The notes under the pieces: generated by a model
The model's input: only the letters and a program-made list of their open reading frames with translations
Databases searched by the model: none
What the model was told of the DNA's origin: nothing
Assembly: GCA_022482735.1 (NCBI GenBank)
Contig: JAKVOO010000001.1
Location: forward strand, 838,837-902,836
Source: Bacilli bacterium
Lineage (GTDB): Bacteria; Bacillota_I; Bacilli_A; RFN20; CAG-826
Reading direction: 5' to 3'
Length of the DNA: 64,000 bases
Part shown: positions 10,969-22,772 of the stretch, piece after piece
Position numbering within the stretch: the first letter of the stretch is position 1
How the letters are laid out: each line of letters starts with the position of its first letter
Made by a program: the position numbers and the translations under genes

Positions 10969-12126
10969 CTAAGCCGATTTTTCCTTGCCTATCCTTTTTC
11001 GACGACCAACGAGAAAACAAATTATAATAATCACTACAACGGCAGCAATTAAAGCAAGAATGTTGTTGGCTAAAATGGCAAGGATATCAAATACAATTGT
11101 AAGAATAAGTGAACCGATTAAAGTTATCAAGAAAATAACTCCTCGCGTTAATTCTCTTATGATGGGCAATATTGAGCCTATGACTTCTATAGGTGCAAGA
11201 ATCATTGATATTGCCAAAAAGAAGAGAGCAAGATATACAATACGCATGATCCATAGAAAAGTTTGGTGTTCGGTATTTAGTTGCTTCACGGCTTCAGCAA
11301 GGGTGCTTACTCCCGCAAAAAAACGTATATAAGATGAGTGTCTTGTCCCGAAAATAGTGACTTTTTTAGCATCGGCCTTAACTAGAGAATTATTCTCTAA
11401 CTTTCCTATCGCCACTCCTTCTTGTCCGCTCATGGCGGCTGTAACTTTTACCCTCTTACTTCCAAGAATTGTTTCTTCGGGAGAAGCATCAATATAAAGC
11501 GCGTCTTGAAAAACTCCTTGGTAAGTGTCCGCGTATAATGTGGCATCGATAGGCTGAACACCAAGACCTAGCATACTTATATCTGTATGGGAAATGGCCA
11601 ATCCATTTATTACGGCGCCTTCGGCACTGAGAGATGCGCTATGAGCATCAATATACAATTGCCAAGAAATCTGGTTGTCATCCACCGAAAATCCACTTGG
11701 CGCACTGCGGATTTCATCGCCCGGATCTCCCACTTTGACAAAGTTTGTCCAAGCTTTTGCCACCGTGTAATAATAAGAAGTTGTCTGACCGCCGCCAATA
11801 AGATCATCCTTTTTTATTTCGTGATGCGTATATACCCATGCGTAGACCTCAACATTAGCATGTAAAGTAAGAAAATCCCCACCATCCACATACTCATTAA
11901 TGAGCGGTTGGCCAGTTGAATTTAATTCCCCTTGTGTATAAACTAAAGCGCCTTCAGGCGAAGTGGCTGAATATTCTATCGCTTTCTTAGCGCTATTAGC
12001 TTGATTGGGTGTCCCCTCTATATGAAAAGGGAGAAATATTCCAATGATGAGTAGAAGAATCCCAATGAATACTGCGCCAATAGAATGGAGGAATCTTTGA
12101 AAAACATTTTCTCTTTTAACTGACAT
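10969..12126 (-). CDS. TMEM43 (DUF1625)-like membrane protein
   Basis: N-terminal TM SIGAVFIGILLLIIGIFLPFHIEG, large soluble loop with VEVYAW, then WIMR and three C-terminal TMs. Likely start is the ATG at 12126. Confidence 0.6.
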   Translation of the reverse strand: MSVKRENVFQRFLHSIGAVFIGILLLIIGIFLPFHIEGTPNQANSAKKAIEYSATSPEGALVYTQGELNSTGQPLINEYVDGGDFLTLHANVEVYAWVYTHHEIKKDDLIGGGQTTSYYYTVAKAWTNFVKVGDPGDEIRSAPSGFSVDDNQISWQLYIDAHSASLSAEGAVINGLAISHTDISMLGLGVQPIDATLYADTYQGVFQDALYIDASPEETILGSKRVKVTAAMSGQEGVAIGKLENNSLVKADAKKVTIFGTRHSSYIRFFAGVSTLAEAVKQLNTEHQTFLWIMRIVYLALFFLAISMILAPIEVIGSILPIIRELTRGVIFLITLIGSLILTIVFDILAILANNILALIAAVVVIIIICFLVGRRKRIGKEKSA

Positions 12127-12277
12127 TTTTTTCTTTCCTTTCTTCAAAAAGCCTAATTTGACTTTTTACTTATTTAAAAAACAAAGTCAATTTTGATTTA
12201 ATCAACCTTTGACGATTTTTAAAATATATATGTAATGAGTTATTTATTTTTAGTAATTAAATTAAATACAAAAGCGC

Positions 12278-12330
12278 AAAAAAAATGCAAGTCGCTTAAC
12301 CAAGTAAAAGTTAATTCGAACTTGCATTAT
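12278..12330 (-). terminator. Intrinsic terminator of locus 2
   Basis: AATGCAAGT...ACTTGCATT stem followed by a T-run on the minus strand. Confidence 0.7.
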
Positions 12331-12361
12331 TTTTTATAGAAAAACTATAACTAATATATGA

Positions 12362-14761
12362 TTAGGCAACAACTATATTGGTGAAAGCAACTTTTCTTGT
12401 CTGAGCTCTTAAACCATAGTATGTTCCTAGGAGCGGAGCGCTATCGGTAAAATCAATCAAAGCGACTTCATTAATACTAACTTGAATTCGCCCAGCGTTT
12501 ATTGCAATACTGACTGCGCTATTTTGCGTCAAGTAATCTCCCGCTGGCGCGGAAGCAAGAGTTGTCCACCCATTGTCAACTTTTGCCAATACTGCATCGT
12601 TATTTACGCTAATAAAGAAGAAATAGTATGAGGCATCTTCCCAAGTGACATTTGGATTATTGAGAGCAAAAATGACTCCATTATCTCCGTGAACGTCTTT
12701 TTCTTCCATCGAATAAGCAAAACTATTTGTCACTCCCGGTGTTTTAAAGACCGCCAAATTATCATTGGTCACCGTTTCGTAACCATTGGCGATTTCCTTT
12801 GTCCAGCCGTGATTATTGGTATAAGCTTCAGGGATTGGTTGATTACCTAACCCATTGGTTACGATACCGGCACTAGAATAGACGACATCCGGATTTTGAG
12901 CTCTTAAGCCCACTCGACTTCCGCTCAAAGGAGCACTATCGGTATATTCGATGACTTTTACTCCATCTACATAACACTCGATAAGTCCGTCTTCATGTAA
13001 TTCGGCCTTTAATTCGTAAGTATCCAGAGGGTCAAATCTCGTTTCCAAAATTGGCGAATAGGATAAGGTCGTCCAAACGGATGGCATCGTTTTGTCTACC
13101 TTGGCTAATAGTAATGTCGCATTGACATTCAGAAAGAAGAAATAATAAGAAACTCCGTCTTCGGTTTCCCAAAACGAACTATTGTCCCCAGTTGAAACTG
13201 CAAAGACGATACCCGAATCATTTTTGACTTGGGGAGTAATGTTTGCCTTATAGGCATTCCCAACAGTTATCGCATCCGTTTTAGCTAAAACTAGTGAACC
13301 GCCCGATTTAGAAGTAATATTTTCCGTCGTTTCATCAAAAGCTCCTGCGTAAAGATCGTAGTTAACGAGAGTATATTCTGGCCGTGGAGTAATTTCAGAC
13401 GAAACGGAAATATCCTTATATACTGTGTTGGCTTTTTGCGCCCGGAATCCATAGGATGTTCCGGTTAATGGGGAAGCATCTTGATAAGAAATCCTTTCAA
13501 ATCCATTGCAATAAACAATAATGGTTCCATCTTCTGACCACTCAACTTTTAAATCGTAATTCTTATTCATTGAAGCGTAGTCTGGCATTGATAACGACTT
13601 AAGTTCATTCCAGGCTCCATTACTTACCTTAGCTAGATAAATTCCTCCCCAAGCGGTTTTAAATGCAAAGTAATAACTAGCATCCGCCTCCCAGAAAAAT
13701 TTATTTTGATAAGATTGATCAAGTCCGAAAATAATGCCCGTATCTCCTTCATCTCCATTTTCAACAATGGTTGTTTCCATTGTGCCATGCGCCCAAGTAT
13801 CATTGCGGACTACCGCAAGAGAATCGTTGATAGTACTGACTAAATTATCGTTATCATCAAGAGCAAATTTCCCATTAGCAACGTTATATCCAGCGAATAA
13901 TGGATCAGTTTTAACATCCTCTTCTACTTGGGGACCATCAAAAATTGTTCCTTCACCGCTAGTGCGATATCCTACACTAGTGCCACTTAAAATTACCTCA
14001 TCATGATAACGAATATATTGCTTATCATTGACAAAACAATTAATGTTACCATCTTCAATCGATACTGCCAAAGAAACAGTATTACCATTGGTGTAGTTTT
14101 CAAGTGGTACCACATTGCCTAACTGGTTCCAAACCGACTCTCCATCGGCCGTTATTTTCGATAAATAAGCGTTATTATCTACATTAATAAAGAAGAAGTA
14201 ATACGCCGTTCCGCTCTCGCTTTCCCAAAAGTGATCACTGGTATGTGAAAGACCAAAAATAATTCCGGAATCACTAGTGCCTACACTATTTTTCGCCATA
14301 TCAACACTGTAGGTTCCTGTAGTAAAAGACATATCTTTAATTGAAACTAAACTATTGCTTTCACTCGATACAAGCGAACCATCTTCATACCGAAAACCAC
14401 CTTGATAAACATCATATCCTGCCAACTTATAAATAGCATGAACAACGATATCCTGCTCACCTAATGTATAGTCTTCCCAACTGCCAACATATCCGGTTTT
14501 AGTTGGGACGTCCGGTTCGACAATTGATGTATCGCCAATTGTGAAGGTGACTGTTTCTACCACTTCTCCATCTGCTAAAAAAGTAACTGTTTTCGTCAGT
14601 AAAACGGAAGAAGAATCTTCTACGGAAGAACTAGTATTTTCACTGGTAGGAACCTCTGTGGTACCACTCGTAGAACTACTAATTGAAGAAGAAATTTCGC
14701 CATTACAACTAGCAAGTAGTAACAGCGCTGTTATTGAAAGCGTCAATAAACCTTTTTTCAT
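12362..14761 (-). CDS. Non-catalytic lipoprotein with four tandem ~170-aa ConA/DUF1080-like modules
   Basis: Start MKKGLL, lipobox LASC, Ser/Thr linker, four repeats of DxGIxF....WE...YYFxF....LxK...G.R. Confidence 0.75.
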   Translation of the reverse strand: MKKGLLTLSITALLLLASCNGEISSSISSSTSGTTEVPTSENTSSSVEDSSSVLLTKTVTFLADGEVVETVTFTIGDTSIVEPDVPTKTGYVGSWEDYTLGEQDIVVHAIYKLAGYDVYQGGFRYEDGSLVSSESNSLVSIKDMSFTTGTYSVDMAKNSVGTSDSGIIFGLSHTSDHFWESESGTAYYFFFINVDNNAYLSKITADGESVWNQLGNVVPLENYTNGNTVSLAVSIEDGNINCFVNDKQYIRYHDEVILSGTSVGYRTSGEGTIFDGPQVEEDVKTDPLFAGYNVANGKFALDDNDNLVSTINDSLAVVRNDTWAHGTMETTIVENGDEGDTGIIFGLDQSYQNKFFWEADASYYFAFKTAWGGIYLAKVSNGAWNELKSLSMPDYASMNKNYDLKVEWSEDGTIIVYCNGFERISYQDASPLTGTSYGFRAQKANTVYKDISVSSEITPRPEYTLVNYDLYAGAFDETTENITSKSGGSLVLAKTDAITVGNAYKANITPQVKNDSGIVFAVSTGDNSSFWETEDGVSYYFFFLNVNATLLLAKVDKTMPSVWTTLSYSPILETRFDPLDTYELKAELHEDGLIECYVDGVKVIEYTDSAPLSGSRVGLRAQNPDVVYSSAGIVTNGLGNQPIPEAYTNNHGWTKEIANGYETVTNDNLAVFKTPGVTNSFAYSMEEKDVHGDNGVIFALNNPNVTWEDASYYFFFISVNNDAVLAKVDNGWTTLASAPAGDYLTQNSAVSIAINAGRIQVSINEVALIDFTDSAPLLGTYYGLRAQTRKVAFTNIVVA

Positions 14762-14836
14762 ATTGTTTTCCTTTCCGATATTTGGTTTATGCAATAATAA
14801 ATCCCTTTTTATTGTTATTTTTCCAATGTTATCCTC

Positions 14837-16582
14837 CTAATGTTTTTCCATAATTTTTTTGATAGTTGAAATATCAACTTTGACCTTGCGATCAATCGTA
14901 ACCAATCCATTTTTTTCCTGTTCAACATCACTAAATTGGGTGTAGCAGAAACCGGATAAATAAGGCAAATCATAAATAACCTCAATCAACTGCCGGTAGC
15001 GAGTGTAAAACTCTTCAATGCCATCGGTGGCGCCGCCATATCCCCATCCATCCGCGGTATCCTTTTTCAAGGCAGCTCCGCCAAATTCTGAAAAAATAAA
15101 TGGCTGTCCTTCATACTTGTATCCATCTGCCAATAAATTGCGCATCGACAATGAGGATGTTTTTCCGCTCATAACTAAATTAATATCCTTATAAAAACTC
15201 AAAAGTTTATCCGCCGATTGTTCATAATTATGAATAGTAAGAATATCGCTTTTTGTATGTTCCCAACCGTCGTTGCTTATTGCCGGTCGATAAGGATCAA
15301 ACGCTTTGGTTAATAAGTAAAGTGCATCTACAAAACTCTGTTCTAATCGATTTTCACTGATTTCTCGTATCCCCCATGATTCATTGAATAATACCCAAAC
15401 AAATATGGAGGGATGATTATAGTATTGATGGAGTATTTCCATCCATTCCTTAAGAACATTGCGATTGGCTTCAAGATTGAAAATATGGGGGGATGGCATC
15501 TCGCACCATACAATAAGTCCCAATTCATCACATAAAGCAAGAAATCTCTCATCAATGATTGTTTGATGAATTCGAATACCGTTGAATCCCAACTCCTTCA
15601 ATAAAAGAATATCTTTTCGAGCGCTCTCTAAGTCAGGCAAAGTCATATTGCTTAGTGGCCAATAAGCCTGGTATAAGCAGAGTTTAGAATAAAAGCTAAA
15701 GCCGTTGAGCAACAATTGTCCCTGATGAGCTCGATACTCTCTAAATCCAAAATATGAATCTACTTTGTCTTCTACTATTTGATCTTCACTAAGTGTCAAT
15801 TTGACATCATAAATCTTCGGCCTATCTGGATGCCAAAATTCATTTTGAAAAGAAAGATAAGGGCTTGCCAGTTCGATAACAATTTTCCCCGATGGATATG
15901 CTAAGGAAGTTATAACCCTGTTGGTGGCTATTCCCTCAAATGATATCTCACTACTCAAAGTAAGACCCGGATGAAAGTTATCAATAACATATTCAATTTC
16001 AACATTCATCTGCTCAACACGGGGGGTAACTTTTATTTCCCTAATCCGGGTGAAATTAATTCTTTCTAACCATACTGACTTCCAAATACCGCTGGCTTCC
16101 TTATACCAGCAACCAAAATTATCATTCATCCACTTTTGTTTGCCTCGGGGCTGAGCGACATTATAAGAGTCAAATGTCCGAACTACCAATTTGTTAACTC
16201 CCACTACCATCGCCTGATTAAGACATAGAGAAAAACGCGCATATGCCCCTTCATGACTGCCGATAAATTGGCCATTTAGATAGACGTCTGCCCGGTAATC
16301 AACCCCTTCAAAATTAATCATTACATCGTGTAGAAAATCATCTTTACTAATCGTGATTTCGCGCTGATACCATAAAACATCAACGCGTTTCTTTTGATTA
16401 ATTCCACTGAGCGGGGTGGAATAAACAAAGGGCACCTTTATGGTTTGACTTGCGTTAAAACCACGATAATAGCCTTCCTTTAAGCCTATATTTCCCTCAT
16501 CGAAAATAAATTCCCATTCTCCATCCAAAAGTTCGAAATTTTCACGTCTTAGTTGCGGGCGTGGATAACTGCTATTAATCAT
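14837..16582 (-). CDS. Glycoside hydrolase family 2
   Basis: YPRPQ, QPRGKQ, GIRIHQ, NESWG, NDGWEH, SEFGG, GFCYTQFSDVEQE. Confidence 0.92.
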   Translation of the reverse strand: MINSSYPRPQLRRENFELLDGEWEFIFDEGNIGLKEGYYRGFNASQTIKVPFVYSTPLSGINQKKRVDVLWYQREITISKDDFLHDVMINFEGVDYRADVYLNGQFIGSHEGAYARFSLCLNQAMVVGVNKLVVRTFDSYNVAQPRGKQKWMNDNFGCWYKEASGIWKSVWLERINFTRIREIKVTPRVEQMNVEIEYVIDNFHPGLTLSSEISFEGIATNRVITSLAYPSGKIVIELASPYLSFQNEFWHPDRPKIYDVKLTLSEDQIVEDKVDSYFGFREYRAHQGQLLLNGFSFYSKLCLYQAYWPLSNMTLPDLESARKDILLLKELGFNGIRIHQTIIDERFLALCDELGLIVWCEMPSPHIFNLEANRNVLKEWMEILHQYYNHPSIFVWVLFNESWGIREISENRLEQSFVDALYLLTKAFDPYRPAISNDGWEHTKSDILTIHNYEQSADKLLSFYKDINLVMSGKTSSLSMRNLLADGYKYEGQPFIFSEFGGAALKKDTADGWGYGGATDGIEEFYTRYRQLIEVIYDLPYLSGFCYTQFSDVEQEKNGLVTIDRKVKVDISTIKKIMEKH

Positions 16583-16585
16583 AAT

Positions 16586-19050
16586 TTATTTAACTCCTGT
16601 AATTTTTAAATCCTTATAGTATGATTCGGCCGATATCGAATATAATCCAACCATACCATGGGTAAAAGGATCGGGATCGGTATATTCAAAAGCATATTCA
16701 CCATCAAAGTAAACTTTAATATTGTTGCCTTTGCATATCGCTCGCATTTCGTGATAAACATTAAGTGTAAAGTCGCCCGTTAGCGAGGCAACGGTCATTC
16801 CGTTATAATTCATCCGCTCCATCACTAGTTGCATGTTATTAAAGGTGACAAGATATCCCTCGGCACATTCGTTAACTTGCCCACTCATAATGGAAGGATT
16901 GAGTGTGCGCAACATAATTCCCGCCGATGCTCCATTGCTTGAATCCATCGTTATTTTAACTTTGACACTTACTTCATAATCGGTCATTCCTTCACTACCG
17001 AAAAGAAGCATATTATTACTTCCCGCTTTTGAGTAATGGGCCTGTTCCTGCTCATCAATTTTCCATAACGTCATATATTTAGAACCCTGACTCACATAGT
17101 CCGACAAGTCGTTTTCAAAATTGGGAGAAAATTCACTATCGACAAAGGTATTGTAATAAAGACTTTCATACTTACCTGATACCAATTCGAATTTGATTGT
17201 ATGCAATCCCTTAGTTAAAGGAAGCTCCAAAAGAAGGTTTTTAATATAGGTTAAATTTTCTTCATAACTGCCATAGTTGTTTGCAAAATTCGCTCCTGGA
17301 AGTTCAACTAGATATGGTAAATTGTTATCAATTTGAATAGTTATTTTGCTTCCAATCGAAGCCATTGAATAAGTGTTCTCGATACCATAGAATCCATCTT
17401 CAAGAACATCGATAGGGAAAACGATTTTATCTTTACTCTTGCTGAGACGAACTCCATTAGCTTCGGAATATATTAGACGATCATCATTAATATCGTGGTC
17501 TAGTGTATATTGACTATCAATTGTAGAAATGTCCTTTAAGTAATCAGTTGCAAACCAGTCACTTCCAACAATTTTCGCATCATCGCTCTGACTTGAGTCA
17601 AATGCCGCATTGGCAAATGTTGTGGTTCCAATTGATGATTGTTCCATTCCACCGTAACCGATCTTTCCTTTTAAGATTGTTTCAGAAATGGTGCTGTCAA
17701 TTTTTGTTAGATTATCGAATGCCACTTTAAGTCGTTGATTACCATAGCTTAAACGAAGTGTGTGCAGTTGCGTAAAATCAAATTCTCCAATTAAACTTCC
17801 TTGGGCTACAAGGACTTGATTGTAGTAAACGTTGATGCTTTTCCCATCAATTGTTGCGTAGCCACTATTAGTACCATCCACTCCAAAAAGGAATTTGCTA
17901 CTGCCATCCGACTTTATATCTTTAAAGTTATATTCGACCGAAAAGGTATCCGCCGTTGCTAATGATGAATAATAACTTCCGTTACTTTCTTCAAGCGAAC
18001 CTTCCTTTTCTCCCAAACTAGTATTATCTGAAAGAACGTAAAATTCCGGCATCATTGGAACCATCGCTCCTTGATAAGTCGGGCCTAAAACATTCATTCT
18101 CGTTCCCGAAAAAGTTAAACGGTTGATATTGAATGATCGAACTGGACCCGAAGCTGAATCCAAATTGTGGTATGCAATATAATAACTATCCAAATTGGGC
18201 CCCAGTACTGTTGAAGAATGACCTAGCCCGTTCTGCTCGCCCATACTGGATAGCAATAATGAATTATTGCTTGGATATTCAAATCCAGTCCGGGGAGAGG
18301 AGGAAAAGGAATAATCAACTCGGTATCCGCGCGACTTAACATGATTTCCCGTATAGGTAAGGAAATAATTATCATCATGTTTTATCATGTATGGGCCTTC
18401 TGTCCATTTTACTAACGGAGAATAGAGTTCTTCACCACTAGTGTTATCAATTTCGGTTGGAGAATTCATCTCATAGGAAGTTATCGCCCCATCGCCAGCC
18501 GCCATAAAATACATTTTTTCATCATCATCAATAAATACACTGCCATCAATTGAAAGACCAATGTTAGAAGTAACAGCCCTAAACTCACCAAATGGTTGGC
18601 GATCAACCGACTTAAAGATGTAATGCCCTTTACCATCCGGAGAAGAGTACATATAAAAGTCACCATTCCAATAAATAACTTCAGGAGCGTAAGCAGTATG
18701 AAGACCTGTTGTTGATCCATCAGCTTGGGTAAGAGGATACTCACCTAAATAACTATAGTGAATAAGATCATGTGACTTCCACACCCGATAGCCATATTCA
18801 AAATTTTTGGTGGAAGCATATAAATAGTACTCACCGTTAAATCGCATGACATAAGGATCGCCGATTCCATAATTACTCCATTGGTCGGGAATATTTCCTC
18901 ACCAAATATGTTGTCATATCGATCGCGCTCTTGTAGCTGATAATTTACTTCTGAGAAACCTTTTAAATTTTTCATATCATCTTTCCCTCCACATGAACTG
19001 AGCATCAACACAATCGGAAGGACCGTTAATAGAATTTTTGTTTTTTTCAT
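16586..19050 (-). CDS. Multidomain GH43 lipoprotein with C-terminal ConA/DUF1080-like domain (frameshift near 18893)
   Basis: Lipobox LSSC in ORF 18745..19050. Restored GIGDPYVMRF, then YAPEV, SIDG, WTEGP, GLGHSS. Confidence 0.85.
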
Positions 19051-21855
19051 ATGGCAACTCCTTTAGCAATTTGGCTATAAATTGTTCCTTGCCCATTAGC
19101 ACGAATGCCGTAACTTTCGCCCGTCAAGCGATTTAAATCCTTATAGGAAATTAACTTATTATCATTTAAATACCCATCGATGGTCTTCCCATTCCAAACA
19201 ACTTTTAGACTGTATTGATTGGCTAATTGATAGGCGGAAATACTAATCTTAGTTAATTCAGAATAAGTGCCATCAACAATTTTGCTTAAGACAAGATCGC
19301 CATTAATCGATATAAAATAGAAATAATACGATACGCCGCTTTCCCAAAAGTAGGTTTGATTATTAGTGGAAAGACCAAATATGAGCCCATTGTCACTAAA
19401 AGATGTTGCTTGAAGATTAACTGCGATAAAACTTCCATCATTAATGAAAGTGTCGCTGTTATTTACAAGAATGGAATAAGCAGAAGAGGCAACATAACTA
19501 TTATCATTTTTAGTGAAATCACCACTTGCGATATCGTAGCCAACGATTGTGTCATCAATTGGGGGAAGTGATAGTTGATCGCGAATTAAATCTCTTATTA
19601 GCTTATAGGCCCCGCGATTAAGATGCAGTCCATCGGCAAAATAACCATTAATATATTGATTTTCGCTATCTAAGAATAAATTTGCCGTATCGATAAACTT
19701 GATGTTGGCACTGGCTGTTGCTAGTGATGATAAATAACTATCAATTTCATCGATGCTCGTTTTATATTGATCACGCATTGGACACTTGTGGATTCCGATG
19801 ATGACAACAACCAAGTCGGGCATTTGCTCTTGAATTTGATTTATGAATAGACTGTAATTATTCTTAATTACTTGGGCGCTGGCTCCCATTGGCAAATCAT
19901 TAGTTCCCATATCAATAAATAGCGTTGAAGGATTGTATGTTTTTATAATTTCAAGCATCGATAACCAGTAGGTGGTTGTCGTTCCTCCAACTCCTAGATT
20001 TGTAACGCTGCCGACGCCATTAAGATCAATGCTGGCATTTGCCCATAGTTCCATAATTGAATCCCCAACAATCAAAGCATCTGTTTGATCATTAGTAAGG
20101 TTGGAGTTGCTATTTAAGGAGCTAAAAATTGTTCCTTTAAAAAGAGACTTAATTCCAAATTGATTACCACTAAGCGGATTCTCATCACGGAATAAAATCA
20201 GTAATTTGTTTTCAAAATAGCCTTTTATGAGGCCCTCCTCAAAAGAGACCTTTAAGTTGTATTGGCCTATTAACGCTATAACCCGCGGTTAAAAGACGAG
20301 TGGAGAGATTAGTGATGGTTCCATTTTCTACTCGATCAAGAACTAGCTCGTGACCGGTATTGATCATTAATTGATAATAACTGGCATTATTCTCATAGAA
20401 AGAATCGCTATTTGACGCTAATCCAAAGACGAGCCCGTACTGATTGAGTCGAAGGGCAACCGCATCGATACTTAAGGTGCCTCTATCTAAAGTAGCATCA
20501 CTTTTTATCATCAGTGATGATTGCGCTGTAGCGACATAGCCACCATCGTTTTTATATCCACCGCTAACCGTATTAAAACCGGAAATAGCTTCGCCTGGTT
20601 CATCGTTCGTATCAACAATTGTTGATTCACTGGTAACAAGAGGACTAAAAGTGACTCCTTCTGCTCCTGCTCGTAATCCAATTCGTGTCCCTGTAAGAAA
20701 TGAACTGTCCGTATAAGTAATATAGACCGTGTCGTCTATCAGCCCATATATCGTATTGCCTACTACAACCACCCTCAAATTAATCGTTTTATTGGTCGTA
20801 AAACTGGCGACATTAGATGAAACTTGTATCGTATTCCACGTTCCATTTACCACCTTACCCAGAAAGGCATTACTGTCGCGATTGATAAAGAAGAAATAAT
20901 ACGATGCTCCGCTTTCCCAAAACAATGCATCCGTAGCTGATAGGCCAAATACAATGCCATTATCGGAGAAACTGGGTGTATTCATCGTTGCTGTAATGGT
21001 TCCTTGATTGAAACCAACCTCTGATAAAGTCATCAATGAATTTGCACTACTCGATGTATAGTTTCCATCATTGTTTTTAATAAAAGTTCCACTATTGATC
21101 ATATAATTATCTATCTCCTCGGTTTGGACTCCCGTTTGATTAATTGCCACATATGTATTAGGAATTTGCGGATCAGGCGTCCACCCAAACCAATCTGATG
21201 TCGTCAAATTGGTCGTCTTATTCCGACAACCAAAAGCAATGCCAACGGTCGAGGCTTGGTCAAAGCCAAACGTTTCATAAGGTAAAAATAATTCTACCGA
21301 CCAAGAGATATCATCGTCGGCATCATTATTGAGAGTGCCATCAATGCTGACCGCATAATCAACAACCCCACTCCAAGGTCCCCACCATTTGCCCCCGCCA
21401 ACTTGAAGCATGGCGTACCCTTCCGGATTAATTAAGAACTCATAATCATCAGTTTGCGGACCATTGCCTCCATCATGTTTTGTATCAATATAAAATTCGA
21501 CATTGTCGCTATTAATAACAAATTCTGAATCAGAGTAATTTGTTGAAGCGCTGATAAATTGATCTAATAATGTAAAACCGACGGTCAATCCTTTTTCGCC
21601 CCAAAATATTTTAGAAGAAACACGGTTGTTTTCTCCAAAATGACAATTAAAAATATCGGGATCGCTCCATTCTTCCTCATCAAGAACACCATCGATTTTT
21701 AAATCGCTAGCTACCATATTTCCTGGATACGTAAAGTCGCTATTGCCTGAAGACTTATCATTTTGACTTGCATAATCGCTCGGGTTAATTCCACATGAAC
21801 TTAATGCCAATAGTCCCCCGGCTAATAAAATTACCCAATTAAAGTGTTTTTTCAT
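19047..21855 (-). CDS. Multidomain lipoprotein: CBM9-like domain, ConA-like repeats and SGNH hydrolase (frameshift near 20250)
   Basis: Lipobox LSSC, KIDGVLDEEEW..DNVEFYID..VELFLPY, SGNH blocks GDSI, GVGG, GTND, DGLH. Removing one base joins ORFs 20239..21855 and 19047..20075. Confidence 0.78.
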
Positions 21856-21869
21856 TTTCAGCGCTCCTT

Positions 21870-22772
21870 TTAATTGTCTTTTGAACTTGAAAGCATAAAA
21901 GTATTCACAAAATATTTTTGAAACACAACATAAATTGCAATCGTGGGAATACTCGATAAAACCGAGCCCGCCATAATCGTCGGAAGATTCTTCAAGGTTC
22001 CACTTCCGGTTTGATTATCCAAATACTTAATCATTACTTGAATAGTTTTATTGTTTAGAGTTTGAAGGTAAATGTCGGGTCCAAAGACATCATTCCAAAT
22101 TCCCAAGAACCAAAATATTACTTGAGCGGCAATAGCTGGACGAACTAAGGGTAGGAATATATTCCAATACAAACGGAAAAATCCACATCCATCCACCTCC
22201 GCCGCTTCGTAGACACTATCTGGAATACTTAAAGCATATTGGCGAAGAAAGAACATCATCGAAACATTGCCGAAAAGTCCCGGTAAAATTAATGGATATA
22301 AAGTGTCGACCAATCCTAGATGAGAAAAAGCACTAAATTGAGGGGTCAAAACTGTAATATAGGGAACCATCATTGTCGTAAGTACCATATAAAATAGGAA
22401 GTTTTTACCTCTAAAACGAAGTCGAGCAAAAGCAAAGGCTGCCATTGTTGTCGACAATGTTCCAAACGATATTACAAAGGCCTCGATAATTAGGGTGTTA
22501 ATGAAACCTCGGGCCAAAGGAATTATCGTAAAAATATCAACATAATTACTGAGGGTAAATTCTTTGGGAAATAGATAGAAGGCTAAGTTGTTTACTACTT
22601 CATTTCCTGACTTAAATGACATTGAAAGCATATATAAGTAAGGAAATAGCATTAAGAAAGCAACAAATAAAATAATGAACAGAACGATAACTTTAATCGT
22701 ATAAAAGGAGGCACTATAATGTTTTTTATTTGTTTTTGGCGCTATATTTTTAGCAATATTAACTGAGTTCAT
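21870..22772 (-). CDS. Carbohydrate ABC permease (MalG-like)
   Basis: SIPDSVYEAAEVDGCG, WNDVFGP. Confidence 0.92.
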   Translation of the reverse strand: MNSVNIAKNIAPKTNKKHYSASFYTIKVIVLFIILFVAFLMLFPYLYMLSMSFKSGNEVVNNLAFYLFPKEFTLSNYVDIFTIIPLARGFINTLIIEAFVISFGTLSTTMAAFAFARLRFRGKNFLFYMVLTTMMVPYITVLTPQFSAFSHLGLVDTLYPLILPGLFGNVSMMFFLRQYALSIPDSVYEAAEVDGCGFFRLYWNIFLPLVRPAIAAQVIFWFLGIWNDVFGPDIYLQTLNNKTIQVMIKYLDNQTGSGTLKNLPTIMAGSVLSSIPTIAIYVVFQKYFVNTFMLSSSKDN

